Source: an uncultured Bacteroidales bacterium
GTDB lineage: Bacteria > Bacteroidota > Bacteroidia > Bacteroidales > UBA10428
Reading direction: 5' to 3'
NCBI GenBank assembly: GCA_964461435.1
Contig: CAYWUI010000002.1
Location: forward strand, 72-64,071
Length of the DNA stretch: 64,000 nt
This document shows positions 48,499 through 60,875 of the stretch, piece after piece. How positions within the stretch are numbered: the first letter of the stretch is position 1; every line of letters starts with the position of its first letter. The position numbers were made by a program, and so were the translations under genes. Under the pieces are notes generated by a model. The model had not been told where the DNA came from. It ran no database searches and saw only the letters and a program-made list of their open reading frames with translations.

Positions 48499-51465
48499 AT
48501 GACTGAGATCAAAACAACAAGACTTAGTAAAATAGCCAGAGAATTTAATGTGGGAATTGCAACAATAGTTGAATTTCTGCATAATAAAGGGGTTAAAATT
48601 CAATCTGACCCTAACACTAAAGTTACGCCCGAGCAGTATGAAATGTTATTAAAGGAATACAGTTCTGATCTGGATGTAAAAAAAGAATCTGAAAGAGTTA
48701 CCCTCAAACATCTTAGAGAAAAGCAGGAGTCAATATCAATTAATGACATACGTGAGGAAATGGACAAAGAAACACAGGAAGAAATGGACGAACTTTTTGT
48801 TAAGGATACAAGCTCTTCACCAACAGCATTTGAAACGGAAACTGAAAAATTAATAGAAAAAGGGCAGAATATAAATATTAATATAGTTGGGAAAATTGAT
48901 GTTGATAAACAGGCCAGGCAAAAGATACCGGCCACGGATAAAGAAAAGGAAGAAGACCTGTCTAAATATGAAGAGAAAAAAACGCCAAAACCTTCTGAAA
49001 AGATTAAAACAACCCAACCTGCCGCAGCCGACACTGATAAAGAAAGCAAAGGCCGCATACCAAAACCCGATAAAACTATTGAGGAAATATTGGTCAGACC
49101 GGAGAAAAGAGAGGTCGAATTCAAAGTCCTGGGGAAAATTGATCTCGAATCCATGAATCAGAGAACAAGACCCCCCAAGAAGACAAAAGAACAAAAAGAG
49201 GAAGAACGTAAAGCGAGGCTTGCAGAAAAACAATCTGCGGCCATGAAATCCAGGGCCAGAGAAGAAACAGGGGAAAAAGTCACGGAACCTGAAGGAGGAT
49301 ATAAGAATAAGAAAGAAGTATCATGGAAAGAGAAAGAACCTGAAGACACTTCATCTTATGAAGTAGATCTCACTTTTAAAGAAAACGGTTCTTTTCATGG
49401 TAACGAGTCCATGATATTGGAGAGAAGGAAGAAAAGAAAGAGGATAAAGAAGGAAAAAGAGCCCATCATATTTGAAAAAGATAAAGAAGGCAGGCAGATT
49501 GAGGAATTGCAGAAAGGTAAACAAAAGAAAAAGAAAAAGAAGATTACATTTAAACATGAAATTAGTGAAGAAGATATTCAAAGACAGATAAAGGATACTC
49601 TTGCACGGCTCACAACCAAAGGAAAATCAAAGGGTTCAAAATACCGTCGCGAAAAAAGGGAAGCCATTAGCCAAAAGATACAGGAGAAAATAGAAATGCA
49701 GGAGCAGCAAAAAAATGTGCTTAAAGTAACGGAATTTGTCACTGTAAATGAACTGGCAAAAATGATGAATGTTCCTGTAAACAATGTTATTTCTTCATGT
49801 ATGAGCCTTGGTCTGTTTGTTTCAATAAATCAGAGACTTGACGCTGAAACAATGGCTCTGGTTGCTGATGAGTTTAATTATAAATTCGAATTTACTACTA
49901 TCGACATACAGGAAACAATAAATGTTGAAGAGGAGGACAAAAAAGAAGATCTGTTGCCACGACCGCCTATCGTAACTGTAATGGGACACGTCGACCACGG
50001 AAAAACCAAGCTCCTTGATTACATAAGAAAAACAAATGTTATAGGTGGTGAAGCAGGAGGTATTACACAACATATTGGAGCGTATAGTGTAGTACTCAAC
50101 GACAGCAGGCAAATAACCTTCCTTGACACACCGGGACATGAGGCATTCACGGCTATGCGTGCACGAGGTGCACAAATAACCGACGTTGCTATTATTGTTA
50201 TAGCAGCAGATGATGGCGTTATGCCACAAACAGTAGAGGCTATAAATCATGCCCAGGCTGCAGGCGTACCAATGATATTTGCAATAAACAAGATAGATAA
50301 ACCTACAGCCAATGCTGAAAAAATTAAGGAAGAGCTGGCCAATATGAAAATTCTGGTCGAAGAATGGGGAGGAAAATACCAGTCACAGGAGATATCAGCA
50401 AAAAGCGGTATTAACATCGACGAATTACTTGATAAAGTCCTACTCGAGGCAGAAATGCTTGAACTGGTCGCAAATCCCGATAAAAGAGCTGCCGGTACAG
50501 TTATCGAATCATCCCTTGACAAAGGCAGGGGCTACATTGCCACCGTCCTTGTGCAGGGAGGAACATTGAGAGTTGGTGATATAGTGCTTGCCGGCATCCA
50601 TTCCGGAAAAGTTAAATCAATGTACAACGAACGGGGTAAACAAATACGTGAAGCCGGACCATCAATGCCGACCCTGATTCTCGGTCTCAACGGGGCGCCC
50701 CAGGCAGGAGACAAATTTAATGTTATGAAAAGTGAAAGAGAAGTAAAAGAAATTGCCAGTAAGAGGGAACAGTTAATGAGAGAACAGGAACTGAGAACAC
50801 AAAAACATATTACTCTTGATGAAATTGGCAGAAGAATAGCTATAGGCAACTTTCAGGAACTTAATATAATTGTTAAGGGAGATGTGGACGGTTCAGTTGA
50901 AGCACTTTCTGATTCATTAATAAAGCTGTCAACTGAAGAAATACAGGTTAATATCATTCATAAGGCTGTAGGACAGATTTCAGAAGGAGATATTCTTCTG
51001 GCTGCGGCCTCAAATGCAATAATTGTAGGATTCCAGGTTCGCCCTTCAATGCAGGCCCGTAAACTGGCTGAAAAAGAAGAAATTGATGTACGCTTATATT
51101 CAATTATCTACGATGCCATAAATGAAATTAAAGCCGCTATGGAAGGTATGTTGTCTCCCGAAATAAAAGAAGAAATTGTTGCTACACTTGAAATAAAAGA
51201 AATTTTTAAGATTTCAAAGCTCGGCACAATAGCAGGTTGTATTGTTAAGGAAGGGAAAATAAAAAGAGAGACCAGGGTGCGGGTCATAAGGGAGGGCATT
51301 GTAGTTTACACTGGCGAACTAGGCTCATTACGCCGGTTTAAGGAAGATGTTAAAGAAGTAGCAGGCGGACTCGAATGTGGCCTTAATATTAAAAATTACA
51401 ATGATATTAAAGTTGGTGATATAATTGAAGGTTATGATATAACTGAAATAAAGAAAAAATTATAA
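48499..51465 (+). CDS. infB: Translation initiation factor IF-2
   Basis: A K/E-rich N-terminal region is followed by the GTPase domain ([28 protein letters not shown]). Confidence 0.97.
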   Translation: MTEIKTTRLSKIAREFNVGIATIVEFLHNKGVKIQSDPNTKVTPEQYEMLLKEYSSDLDVKKESERVTLKHLREKQESISINDIREEMDKETQEEMDELFVKDTSSSPTAFETETEKLIEKGQNININIVGKIDVDKQARQKIPATDKEKEEDLSKYEEKKTPKPSEKIKTTQPAAADTDKESKGRIPKPDKTIEEILVRPEKREVEFKVLGKIDLESMNQRTRPPKKTKEQKEEERKARLAEKQSAAMKSRAREETGEKVTEPEGGYKNKKEVSWKEKEPEDTSSYEVDLTFKENGSFHGNESMILERRKKRKRIKKEKEPIIFEKDKEGRQIEELQKGKQKKKKKKITFKHEISEEDIQRQIKDTLARLTTKGKSKGSKYRREKREAISQKIQEKIEMQEQQKNVLKVTEFVTVNELAKMMNVPVNNVISSCMSLGLFVSINQRLDAETMALVADEFNYKFEFTTIDIQETINVEEEDKKEDLLPRPPIVTVMGHVDHGKTKLLDYIRKTNVIGGEAGGITQHIGAYSVVLNDSRQITFLDTPGHEAFTAMRARGAQITDVAIIVIAADDGVMPQTVEAINHAQAAGVPMIFAINKIDKPTANAEKIKEELANMKILVEEWGGKYQSQEISAKSGINIDELLDKVLLEAEMLELVANPDKRAAGTVIESSLDKGRGYIATVLVQGGTLRVGDIVLAGIHSGKVKSMYNERGKQIREAGPSMPTLILGLNGAPQAGDKFNVMKSEREVKEIASKREQLMREQELRTQKHITLDEIGRRIAIGNFQELNIIVKGDVDGSVEALSDSLIKLSTEEIQVNIIHKAVGQISEGDILLAAASNAIIVGFQVRPSMQARKLAEKEEIDVRLYSIIYDAINEIKAAMEGMLSPEIKEEIVATLEIKEIFKISKLGTIAGCIVKEGKIKRETRVRVIREGIVVYTGELGSLRRFKEDVKEVAGGLECGLNIKNYNDIKVGDIIEGYDITEIKKKL

Positions 51466-51549
51466 CACCCTCATTTAAATATAAATCCATTCTCTTCACT
51501 GTGTTTACAACACCGGGTTTCCCCTGATATTCCTTTAAAAACTATTAAG

Positions 51550-52476
51550 ATGGAATCTAAGCAGGAACTTTCAGAAATGATCAAGTCTGAAGCGACAAGG
51601 CTTGGCTTTGATGCCTGTGGTATTGCAAGAGCAGAATACCTGCAAGAAGAGGCAAAGCATCTTAAAAGCTGGCTGAACAACAAGATGCATGGTAACATGA
51701 AATATATGGAGGACTACTATGACAAAAGAGTTGATCCGGCAAAGCTTGTAAAAGGTGCAACATCTGTTGTTACCGTTCTGTTGAATTATTATACAAACAA
51801 GGTTCAGAAAGACAGAAATGCGCCTGTCATTTCAAAATATGCCTATGGAAAAGACTATCACTCCATTATGAAAAAAAAGTTATATCAATTATTTGATTTT
51901 ATTAAAAGCAAAACAAAAAACGTTACCGGCAGGATTTTTGTCGATTCTGCACCTGTCCTTGAACGTATATGGGCTGCTAAAGCAGGACTGGGATGGATAG
52001 GAAAAAATACAAACCTCATCTCACCTGAGCATGGGTCATTTGTTTTTATAGGTGTCCTTATTACTGACCTTGAGCTTCACTATGATAAGAAGATAAATGA
52101 AATGTGCGGAGATTGTGACAGGTGCATTTCTGCTTGTCCCACCGGAGCGATCATAAAGTCGAAAGTTATTGATGCCCGAAACTGCATTTCTTACCTGACC
52201 GTTGAATATAAAGGTCCCATGCCAGGAAATTTCAAGGGTAAATTTAATAACCAGGTATTTGGATGCGATATCTGTCAGATGGTCTGCCCATGGAACGCTA
52301 ATACAGGAAATCATAAAACAAGTGAACTGGAACCACTACCGGAATTATTGGAAATGAAAAAAAACGACTGGTATAATCTGAGTAAAGAACATTACAAAAA
52401 AATATTTGGAAACTCCGTTATGGAAAGAACCGGATTTTCAGGACTAAAAAGGAATATTGAGTTTATCGGGACATAA
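51550..52476 (+). CDS. queG: Epoxyqueuosine reductase
   Basis: Ferredoxin-type CGDCDRCISACPTGA and FGCDICQMVCPWN motifs. 308 aa. Confidence 0.9.
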   Translation: MESKQELSEMIKSEATRLGFDACGIARAEYLQEEAKHLKSWLNNKMHGNMKYMEDYYDKRVDPAKLVKGATSVVTVLLNYYTNKVQKDRNAPVISKYAYGKDYHSIMKKKLYQLFDFIKSKTKNVTGRIFVDSAPVLERIWAAKAGLGWIGKNTNLISPEHGSFVFIGVLITDLELHYDKKINEMCGDCDRCISACPTGAIIKSKVIDARNCISYLTVEYKGPMPGNFKGKFNNQVFGCDICQMVCPWNANTGNHKTSELEPLPELLEMKKNDWYNLSKEHYKKIFGNSVMERTGFSGLKRNIEFIGT

Positions 52477-52537
52477 CTTGTTTTTTTATAATATTTTTTT
52501 TTCGTATCTTAAAATCTAAATAAAAATAAAATTGGGA

Positions 52538-54271
52538 ATGAAAAAGTCATCTCTATTTGTGCTTGTTATAACATTGGGTCAAATATCCCTGTTGTGCCAG
52601 GAACCTTTAAAACATGAAAAAAGAATTTATGTGGCCCCCGAAGGCAGAATGTTTATACAAAAATCTTTGCCGATTTATATTAGAATGGCAACATCGCCGG
52701 ATGAGAATGCAGTAAATTACGTGCTGCATAGTGAAGTGACAGATAAGTATTCCAATCCCATGTATCTTGATACAGAAGGATACAATACTATTCGATCCCC
52801 GTGGATAGTTGATACTATAACAAAAAAGCCCGTATACCCAAGAGAGGATATAATATTTGAAATATATGCTGACAGTAAACCCCCTGCTACTTCGATCGAT
52901 TATGGTAAAGCATCAACTTACAATGCCGGGGGAAAAATATATGTAAGTGCCCGGGAGGAAATTACACTGAAGTCGTCTGATCAGCTTTCAGGAGTTGAGA
53001 ATATATATTATTCGATGGATGGTGCCGCCTTTCAGGTATATAAATCCCCGGTTATTATTAACCAGGAAAAAGAATACCATTTAAAATACTATTCCGCAGA
53101 TAACGTTGGTAATGCTGAAGTATTACATTCATTAATTATTATACTGGACAAAACTCATCCGAAGACCTTACTGCAAATTTCAAAGGATAAATATGAAAAC
53201 ACTATTTCAGGCAGTTCACAGATCATATTAACATCTGAAGATAAAGGTGCCGGCATTAAGGAAATTAATTACAGGCTTGATGACGGTCCGGTTAAAAAAT
53301 ACGTTAGTCCGGTCAGGGCTGCTTTCTTAACCCAGGGTGAACACAAATTAGCTTATTCTTCTTCCGACTGTGTAAATAATACCGAAGCTGAAAATATTTT
53401 CGACTTTTATGTGGACAAAACCCCGCCGACTATAGTCCAGGAAATTATAGGGAAAAGCTTTTTTGCCGGAGGCAGGGAGTATTCTTCGGGAAGAAGCCAG
53501 CTCAAGCTGACAACTTTTGATAATAAGGCCGGCGTTAAAGAAGTGTTTTATTCAATTAATAACAGTGAGTATGTAAAGTATGAAAAGCCCATCTATCTGT
53601 CAAATGTTACGGGAAACCTGATCGTCAAGGCATATGCACTGGACAATGTTAATAATAAAACCGAATCTCTTGAAAAAGGTGATAAAACAAGTATTCCTTA
53701 CGTTGATTTATCGGGACCTTCGATCTCATATGGATTTTCTGGTCCGAAATTCATACAAAGAGATACTGTTTATATAAATAATTTAACAAAGATATATCTT
53801 AAAGCTACCGATACCGAGTCCGGGATAAGTAAGATAGAATATACTATTGACGATGGTGAAATAAAAGTCTTTGAGGAGCCCTTCTCCCTTGAAAAAGAAG
53901 GACCTCACAAAATTAAAATTACAGGATATGATAATGTTGAAAACACCAATATACTGTATTTGACTGTTATCCTTGATAAAACAGGACCTGAAATATATAC
54001 ACGCTTTAGTATATTACCAGCAGGCAAAAAAAATGTTAACGGAAAAATCCTTAATGTTTATCCGAATCACCTTGTCCTGTTTCTTTCCTCAACTGACAAT
54101 GTCGTTGGTTTTAACGAGATGTACTATTCCATTAATAATATCCCGGAAAATAAGTACGCCGGTTTAATCAGATCTTTCTCCTCCAGTGGCAATTATACTG
54201 TTAAAATAAGGGCAGAGGACAAGTTAGGTAATGAAACATCAGATAAGATAGATTTTGTCATAGGTGACTGA
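52538..54271 (+). CDS. Secreted repeat protein with about five Ig-like modules (OmpL47/chitobiase-C-like), function unknown
   Basis: ATG at 52538 (MKKSSLFVLVITL signal); the track's 52532 is a TTG. Recurrent modules: ENIYYSMDGAAFQVYKSPV, KEINYRLDDGPVKKYVSPV, KEVFYSINNSEYVKYEKPI, SKIEYTIDDGEIKVFEEPF and NEMYYSINNIPENKY. Each is followed by a D-x-(V/L)-(G/N)-N segment. Confidence 0.6.
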   Translation: MKKSSLFVLVITLGQISLLCQEPLKHEKRIYVAPEGRMFIQKSLPIYIRMATSPDENAVNYVLHSEVTDKYSNPMYLDTEGYNTIRSPWIVDTITKKPVYPREDIIFEIYADSKPPATSIDYGKASTYNAGGKIYVSAREEITLKSSDQLSGVENIYYSMDGAAFQVYKSPVIINQEKEYHLKYYSADNVGNAEVLHSLIIILDKTHPKTLLQISKDKYENTISGSSQIILTSEDKGAGIKEINYRLDDGPVKKYVSPVRAAFLTQGEHKLAYSSSDCVNNTEAENIFDFYVDKTPPTIVQEIIGKSFFAGGREYSSGRSQLKLTTFDNKAGVKEVFYSINNSEYVKYEKPIYLSNVTGNLIVKAYALDNVNNKTESLEKGDKTSIPYVDLSGPSISYGFSGPKFIQRDTVYINNLTKIYLKATDTESGISKIEYTIDDGEIKVFEEPFSLEKEGPHKIKITGYDNVENTNILYLTVILDKTGPEIYTRFSILPAGKKNVNGKILNVYPNHLVLFLSSTDNVVGFNEMYYSINNIPENKYAGLIRSFSSSGNYTVKIRAEDKLGNETSDKIDFVIGD

Positions 54272-54356
54272 TATTCCTGAAAATTGAATAATTTTGCATA
54301 TAATTGATAATACACTATGTGTATTTATCATTAATTATAATTTAATTCTTAACTAA

Positions 54357-55103
54357 ATGAAAGCTTTAAAAAAATGCTTTACTCCTTCGTTCCCTGCCAG
54401 GTATGTAATCTTTGATCTTGGAATACTGATAATAAGTTGTGTTCATTCCCAGCCCCAGGTCGACAGGTTCAAAGAAATGAGGGAAAATATGGTAAAAATG
54501 CAGATTGAATACAGGGGAATTACCGATAAAGCAGTGATTAATGCGATGAGAAAAGTGGAGCGTCATTTGTTTGTTCCCGAGGCTCATATTCAGCAGGCCT
54601 ATGGAGATCATCCCTTGCCAATTGGTTACGGGCAAACCATATCACAGCCTTACATTGTGGCATTCATGACTGAGATATTAAAGCTTGATAAAAGTTCAAA
54701 AGTATTGGAAGTGGGCACCGGTTCGGGATACCAGGCTGCCATACTTGCTGAAATTTGCGACTCGGTGTATACTATTGAAATAGTTGAAGAACTTGGTAAC
54801 AGGGCAAAGCAGATATTTGAAAAATTAGGATATACGAATATAAAAGTAAAGATAGGTGACGGTTATGAAGGATGGTATGAATACAGCCCTTTTGATGCAA
54901 TAATTGTGACATGTGCTCCGACTCATGTCCCCAGTCCCCTTAAGGATCAACTAAAAGAAGGTGGACGGATGATTATCCCTGTCGGCGAAAACTATGTACA
55001 GGAACTGGTACTGTTAACAAAGAAAAATGATACGTTAAGGCAGTCATCAGTATTACCTGTGAGGTTTGTTCCCATGGTTGACGAGAAAGATAAAATTTAC
55101 TAA
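54357..55103 (+). CDS. pcm: Protein-L-isoaspartate O-methyltransferase, with a possible lipoprotein-type N-terminal extension
   Basis: TISQPYIVA and LEVGTGSGYQAA motifs. The first 40 residues carry a hydrophobic segment ending LIISC. An alternative start at the ATG 54477 (MRENMVKMQ) would give the usual cytoplasmic length. Confidence 0.85.
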   Translation: MKALKKCFTPSFPARYVIFDLGILIISCVHSQPQVDRFKEMRENMVKMQIEYRGITDKAVINAMRKVERHLFVPEAHIQQAYGDHPLPIGYGQTISQPYIVAFMTEILKLDKSSKVLEVGTGSGYQAAILAEICDSVYTIEIVEELGNRAKQIFEKLGYTNIKVKIGDGYEGWYEYSPFDAIIVTCAPTHVPSPLKDQLKEGGRMIIPVGENYVQELVLLTKKNDTLRQSSVLPVRFVPMVDEKDKIY

Positions 55104-55118
55104 TCTTCACAAAAAAAA

Positions 55119-55147
55119 ATCCCTTTTCATTATTGTTGAAAAGGGAT
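55119..55147 (-). terminator. Intrinsic terminator of groESL
   Basis: Perfect 10-bp stem ATCCCTTTTC / GAAAAGGGAT with a 9-nt loop. On the minus strand it is followed by a T9 run (A9 at 55111-55119 on the plus strand). It lies 26 nt past the groEL stop. Confidence 0.8.
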
Positions 55148-55172
55148 CCTCTATATATTACCAGTAATTTTT

Positions 55173-56825
<1,653 letters not shown>

Positions 56826-56879
56826 TTATTATTTGCTTTGGATTAATAACTAATTTAAGTCAGATTTAATTGGATATCA

Positions 56880-57158
56880 TTAAATTATAGCAAAAATATC
56901 AGATTGTTTCATCATCAGATAATCCTTGCCATCATAACTAAGCTCTGTTCCGGAATATTTACCGTATAAAACAGAATCTCCTATTTTTACTTCCATTTTT
57001 ACATCTTTTGTGCCGGGTCCTACAGCTACTACAGTTCCCCGTTGCGGCTTCTCCTTTGCAGAATCAGGAATAATTATGCCACTGGCAGTTTTGTCTTCTG
57101 CTTCCATTGGTTTAATAAGTACCCTGTCTTCTAAAGGTTTAATTTTTACTTCAGACAT
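56880..57158 (-). CDS. groES: Co-chaperonin GroES
   Basis: 92 aa. [12 protein letters not shown]...[12 protein letters not shown]. Confidence 0.97.
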   Translation of the reverse strand: MSEVKIKPLEDRVLIKPMEAEDKTASGIIIPDSAKEKPQRGTVVAVGPGTKDVKMEVKIGDSVLYGKYSGTELSYDGKDYLMMKQSDIFAII

Positions 57159-57436
57159 ATTACTATTAGTTTTTAGTTAAACATTATGATTTTTCAAAAT
57201 TTCGAATTTTTCTCAACATATTTTATGCCAAATAAAATAATATCAAATTATTAAATCTTAATTGACAAATTTTCAGTATCTGGTTCTTAATCCCCTGATG
57301 TTTTATGAAAGTATCTCTCCCGAAATTGCCAATAATCTGACTTTTCAGCAAATATCCTTATAATAAAACAAGTGTCAGCAAATATGACATATTGACGCTT
57401 TAATTCAGGTAAAATTTATATGATCCCTATATGTCA

Positions 57437-57796
57437 TCACTGTTGTCCGCCGAAATCTTCTTCCTCTGATCCCTGTTGCTCAGGAGCAGATGTGGGAAAA
57501 CCGGAAAGCCTGTCAGGATCAATAGCATTTTCCACCTGATCCTCTATTTTGGATTTTGATACTTCATCTCTTTGTCTAGGCACTGTCATACTTGCCACAA
57601 GACTTAATACAAGTATGGAACTGGCCAATGTCCAGGTAGCCTTTTCAAGAAAGTCAGCAGTTTTTCTTACTCCCATTATCTGGCTTGGTCCTGAGAAACC
57701 CGCTGCCAATCCACCGCCCTTTGAGCTTTGGACAAGAACCACCAGAATTAATAAAATACACGCAATAACAATTAATACAGCTACTAAATGATACAT
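57437..57796 (-). CDS. secG: Preprotein translocase subunit SecG
   Basis: A TM helix followed by LVQSSKGGGL, a second TM helix, and an acidic tail. Confidence 0.85.
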   Translation of the reverse strand: MYHLVAVLIVIACILLILVVLVQSSKGGGLAAGFSGPSQIMGVRKTADFLEKATWTLASSILVLSLVASMTVPRQRDEVSKSKIEDQVENAIDPDRLSGFPTSAPEQQGSEEEDFGGQQ

Positions 57797-57807
57797 ATCC
57801 CCAAGAT

Positions 57808-58863
57808 TTATAAATTGTTAATAATCTTCCTTATTTCATTTATTTGACCCGCAAAATAACTACTTTTTTCCGGATATTTCAAAATTAATTTCTCATATGC
57901 GAAAATAGCCTTGGAATAATAACCTTGTTTTACGTATATCTTTGCCAGGGTATCCGTTATAAATCCTTCATCCTCTTTGATACTGTCTGCAGATATATCA
58001 TCATTACTTACTTTCACGTTATCAGGTATTATTTTTGGTTCACCTTTAATAAAGTTGTCAATTAATTCGGCATTTGTAGGTTTTTTTTCTTCCCACGTAT
58101 CAGCTGCACCGGACAGGTCTATTGACAGAAGCTCCCTGCCTGCTTGTTTTTCCTGGCCTGCAATTTTAGAATCCTGTTCCCCGTAATCAATTAATATGGG
58201 GTCTTCAAACTGACCTTCACCTGAATAATTTAAAAAATCCGAATCCCCATCCTTATCATCTATATCTTCAATATTATTATCCATTTCCAATAGCCCGCTT
58301 TCATCTTTCGCATCTTTAAATTCACTTGTATCTTCAGCAATTTCTATATCCAGGTCCTCACTCTTAGCAACTTTGGACTCAATTTCCAGCATCTCAGAGT
58401 TGTTTAAACTAAAGATTATATCATCCAGTTCAATTCCTTCACCATATTCTTTCCTGACATCAATGGATATCTCAGGGATTAGTTCCGCATCACTGTGTTT
58501 ATGCTTCTTTATATCAATAAGTTGCGAGGATATCGTATAATTAATGTTCTCTTTTAATGTATCTTTATATTTCTTATCAGTTTTTCCTGTTTCTCCGGAT
58601 AACCCGTCAGAGAATCTGTCTTCCCTTAAATCAAAAGGATGAATAAGTTCATAAAGAACCTTCCTGTCCGTAATATATGCAGCAGTATGATTAAGTTTCG
58701 GTATAAAATTTTCGCTGTTTATAAGGTACAGGTTTTTTACTGTCAGCAAATGGGCTGTTTGAAAATAAGGATATTGACTGGTGAGCTTAGAAATAAAGTT
58801 AATGCTTTCATTATCAAGATTTTCAGGATTCTTTATGTATCTGATTAAATTTTCTTTTTCCAT
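57808..58863 (-). CDS. Hypothetical acidic protein with a C-terminal TPR-like segment
   Basis: 351 aa with a D/E-rich middle. The C-terminal KIYVKQGYYSKAIFAYEKLILKYPEKS looks like a TPR unit. Confidence 0.5.
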   Translation of the reverse strand: MEKENLIRYIKNPENLDNESINFISKLTSQYPYFQTAHLLTVKNLYLINSENFIPKLNHTAAYITDRKVLYELIHPFDLREDRFSDGLSGETGKTDKKYKDTLKENINYTISSQLIDIKKHKHSDAELIPEISIDVRKEYGEGIELDDIIFSLNNSEMLEIESKVAKSEDLDIEIAEDTSEFKDAKDESGLLEMDNNIEDIDDKDGDSDFLNYSGEGQFEDPILIDYGEQDSKIAGQEKQAGRELLSIDLSGAADTWEEKKPTNAELIDNFIKGEPKIIPDNVKVSNDDISADSIKEDEGFITDTLAKIYVKQGYYSKAIFAYEKLILKYPEKSSYFAGQINEIRKIINNL

Positions 58864-58894
58864 AAATACATCAAATTATAATACAGAACCTGTA

Positions 58895-59440
58895 TTACCA
58901 GTTAACAAAAGCCCTGTTAAATATATCATCTATCAGTAACTTTACTATATCTTCCGTATATTCAGACTGGGCATCATCAAATGTCATGCTGCTTAAATAG
59001 TCTTCGTATCTGGAAAAGCTCGATTCAAAGCTCATATCTGAATTCACCGAGTTGGTGAATCTTATTTTTACAGCAATTGTAAACCTGTTTTGTGCTGCTA
59101 TATCATTGGCAGTTATAGATACAGGCGCCTGGTCAAATGTTATAACCTCTCCTTCAAAATCGGCGTCCCCGACACCATTTATTAATACCAGGCTTGTATT
59201 TGACTGAATATAATCTTTTAAAGCATCTGTAAATTCCTGGCTGAATGAAGGCTGAACTATACCCCCGTTATTCTCAATCACCCTGTTCTCAATATACTGA
59301 ACCGACACGGTTTTTAATCCGGTTGTTGTTGCTCCTTTCGTAGAATAACCTAATGACAGTGAACCCAGATTAATGGTGCAGGTGTTCAATGAAATCAAGC
59401 CCCCTATTATAAAAGGCAATATCTTAATAATTCTGTACAT
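58895..59440 (-). CDS. lptE: LptE-family LPS-assembly lipoprotein (Bacteroidota type)
   Basis: Signal with a cysteine (SLNTC). KTVSVQYIENR, ADFEGEVITF and the C-terminal AFVNW fit the pattern. Its position between the sigma-54 activator and secG matches what I recall from other Bacteroidota genomes. Confidence 0.6.
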   Translation of the reverse strand: MYRIIKILPFIIGGLISLNTCTINLGSLSLGYSTKGATTTGLKTVSVQYIENRVIENNGGIVQPSFSQEFTDALKDYIQSNTSLVLINGVGDADFEGEVITFDQAPVSITANDIAAQNRFTIAVKIRFTNSVNSDMSFESSFSRYEDYLSSMTFDDAQSEYTEDIVKLLIDDIFNRAFVNW

Positions 59441-59469
59441 TCCGCGATATTATAAAGTAATAAAGAATT

Positions 59470-60699
59470 TCATGTAATGTCATACTCCTTAATTTTTCTA
59501 TAGAGGGTACGTTCAGAAATACCGAGATCGTCAGCTGCGTATTTTCTTTTGCCATTATGCCTGGTTAATGCCTTTTTAATTAACTCTTTCTCCTTCTCTT
59601 CCAGCGATAATGATTCTTCTATAATCTCTTCCGTATCCTGTATGATATCATCCTGGAGCCTGCTTGTTTCGAATTTCTTATTCGATTTATCTTCATGAAC
59701 CCCCGTTTCAACACTCTGGTAAAGCTTCTGTATAATTTTAGCATTATTCTCCTGTATCTCGGAACTTGACGACCCTTTCTGCATTATTTCAAGAACAAGC
59801 TTCTTCAAATCGTGAACATCATTTTTCATGTCAAAAAGTATGCTGTAAAGTATCTCACGTTCAGAAGCAAAAGTTTTTTGATCAACCGCGTCATAAACAA
59901 CCGGCAGTTTTGATTCATAATAATCAGGCAGGTATTTGCGCAGTATTTGTTCATTGATATCACGATTCTGCTCAATCACAGAAATTTGTTCGGCGATATT
60001 CTTCAACTGCCTGATATTCCCGGGCCATCTGTAATTCTGCAAAATATGCTGGGCTTCCTCATTCAGACTTATAGCAGGCATACGGTTTCTTTCTGCAAAA
60101 TCCGATGCAAATTTTCTGAATAATAAGAGAATATCTTCTTTTCGGTTTCGCAAAGGCGGTATTTCTATAGGTACCGTATCTAACCTGTAATATAAATCCT
60201 CCCTGAACTTACCCTGATGAATGGCTTTGTGTATATCTATATTTGTAGCGGCAATAACTCTTACATTTGTCTTAATAACTTTTGATGACCCAACCTTTAA
60301 AAATTCACCTGTTTCAAGAACCCTTAAAAGTCTGACCTGCGTGGAAAGAGGAAGCTCCGCAACCTCATCAAGAAAAATTGTCCCTCCATTGGCGACCTCA
60401 AAATATCCCTTTCTGCTGTCTATTGCCCCGGTAAAAGAACCTTTTTCGTGTCCAAATAATTCAGAGTCTATAGTTCCTTCAGGAATTGCCCCGCAATTTA
60501 CAGCTATATATGCTCCATGTTTCCGCGAGCTATATTGATGAATTATTTGCGGAAATACTTCCTTGCCTACCCCGCTTTCGCCGCTTATTAATACAGATAA
60601 ATCTGTCGGGGCAACCTGTACGGCAATGTCAATAGCCCTGTTTAAGCTACCGGAATTTCCTATTATATCATATCGCTGTTTAATTTTTTGAATCTCCAT
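59470..60699 (-). CDS. Sigma-54-dependent transcriptional activator lacking an N-terminal sensory domain
   Basis: The AAA+ domain starts near residue 10 (GESGVGKE Walker A, GSFTGA loop, Walker B FLDEV). A C-terminal HTH (LGISERTLYRKIKEY) follows a long charged linker. Confidence 0.85.
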   Translation of the reverse strand: MEIQKIKQRYDIIGNSGSLNRAIDIAVQVAPTDLSVLISGESGVGKEVFPQIIHQYSSRKHGAYIAVNCGAIPEGTIDSELFGHEKGSFTGAIDSRKGYFEVANGGTIFLDEVAELPLSTQVRLLRVLETGEFLKVGSSKVIKTNVRVIAATNIDIHKAIHQGKFREDLYYRLDTVPIEIPPLRNRKEDILLLFRKFASDFAERNRMPAISLNEEAQHILQNYRWPGNIRQLKNIAEQISVIEQNRDINEQILRKYLPDYYESKLPVVYDAVDQKTFASEREILYSILFDMKNDVHDLKKLVLEIMQKGSSSSEIQENNAKIIQKLYQSVETGVHEDKSNKKFETSRLQDDIIQDTEEIIEESLSLEEKEKELIKKALTRHNGKRKYAADDLGISERTLYRKIKEYDIT

Positions 60700-60875
60700 A
60701 ATCTGTAAAATTGACGGATCAATTATAACAAAAAAAAATGTTAATCCCTGTAATCCCTTGTCAAATAGTTAAATATCAAATAATTTAGTAATATCCCCGT
60801 TATTAAAAATATATGACAAAATTACAATTTTAAAAGTTATTTGCTAATTTGCACTGTTAATAAAATTAAATTTTT

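Noticed and set aside
49490-49545. An A-rich purine tract (AAACAAAAGAAAAAGAAAAAGAAG) in infB as a possible slippery or repeat element
   Set aside because: It encodes the poly-lysine stretch [10 protein letters not shown] of the disordered IF-2 N-terminal region, which is normal for this protein.
48600-50849. A chain of long minus-strand ORFs (48600-49154, 48850-49233, 49822-50250, 50532-50849 and others) opposite infB
   Set aside because: They lie entirely inside the well-supported IF-2 frame. They translate to low-complexity S/F/L-rich strings and simply mirror the K/E-rich codons of infB. They are shadow ORFs.
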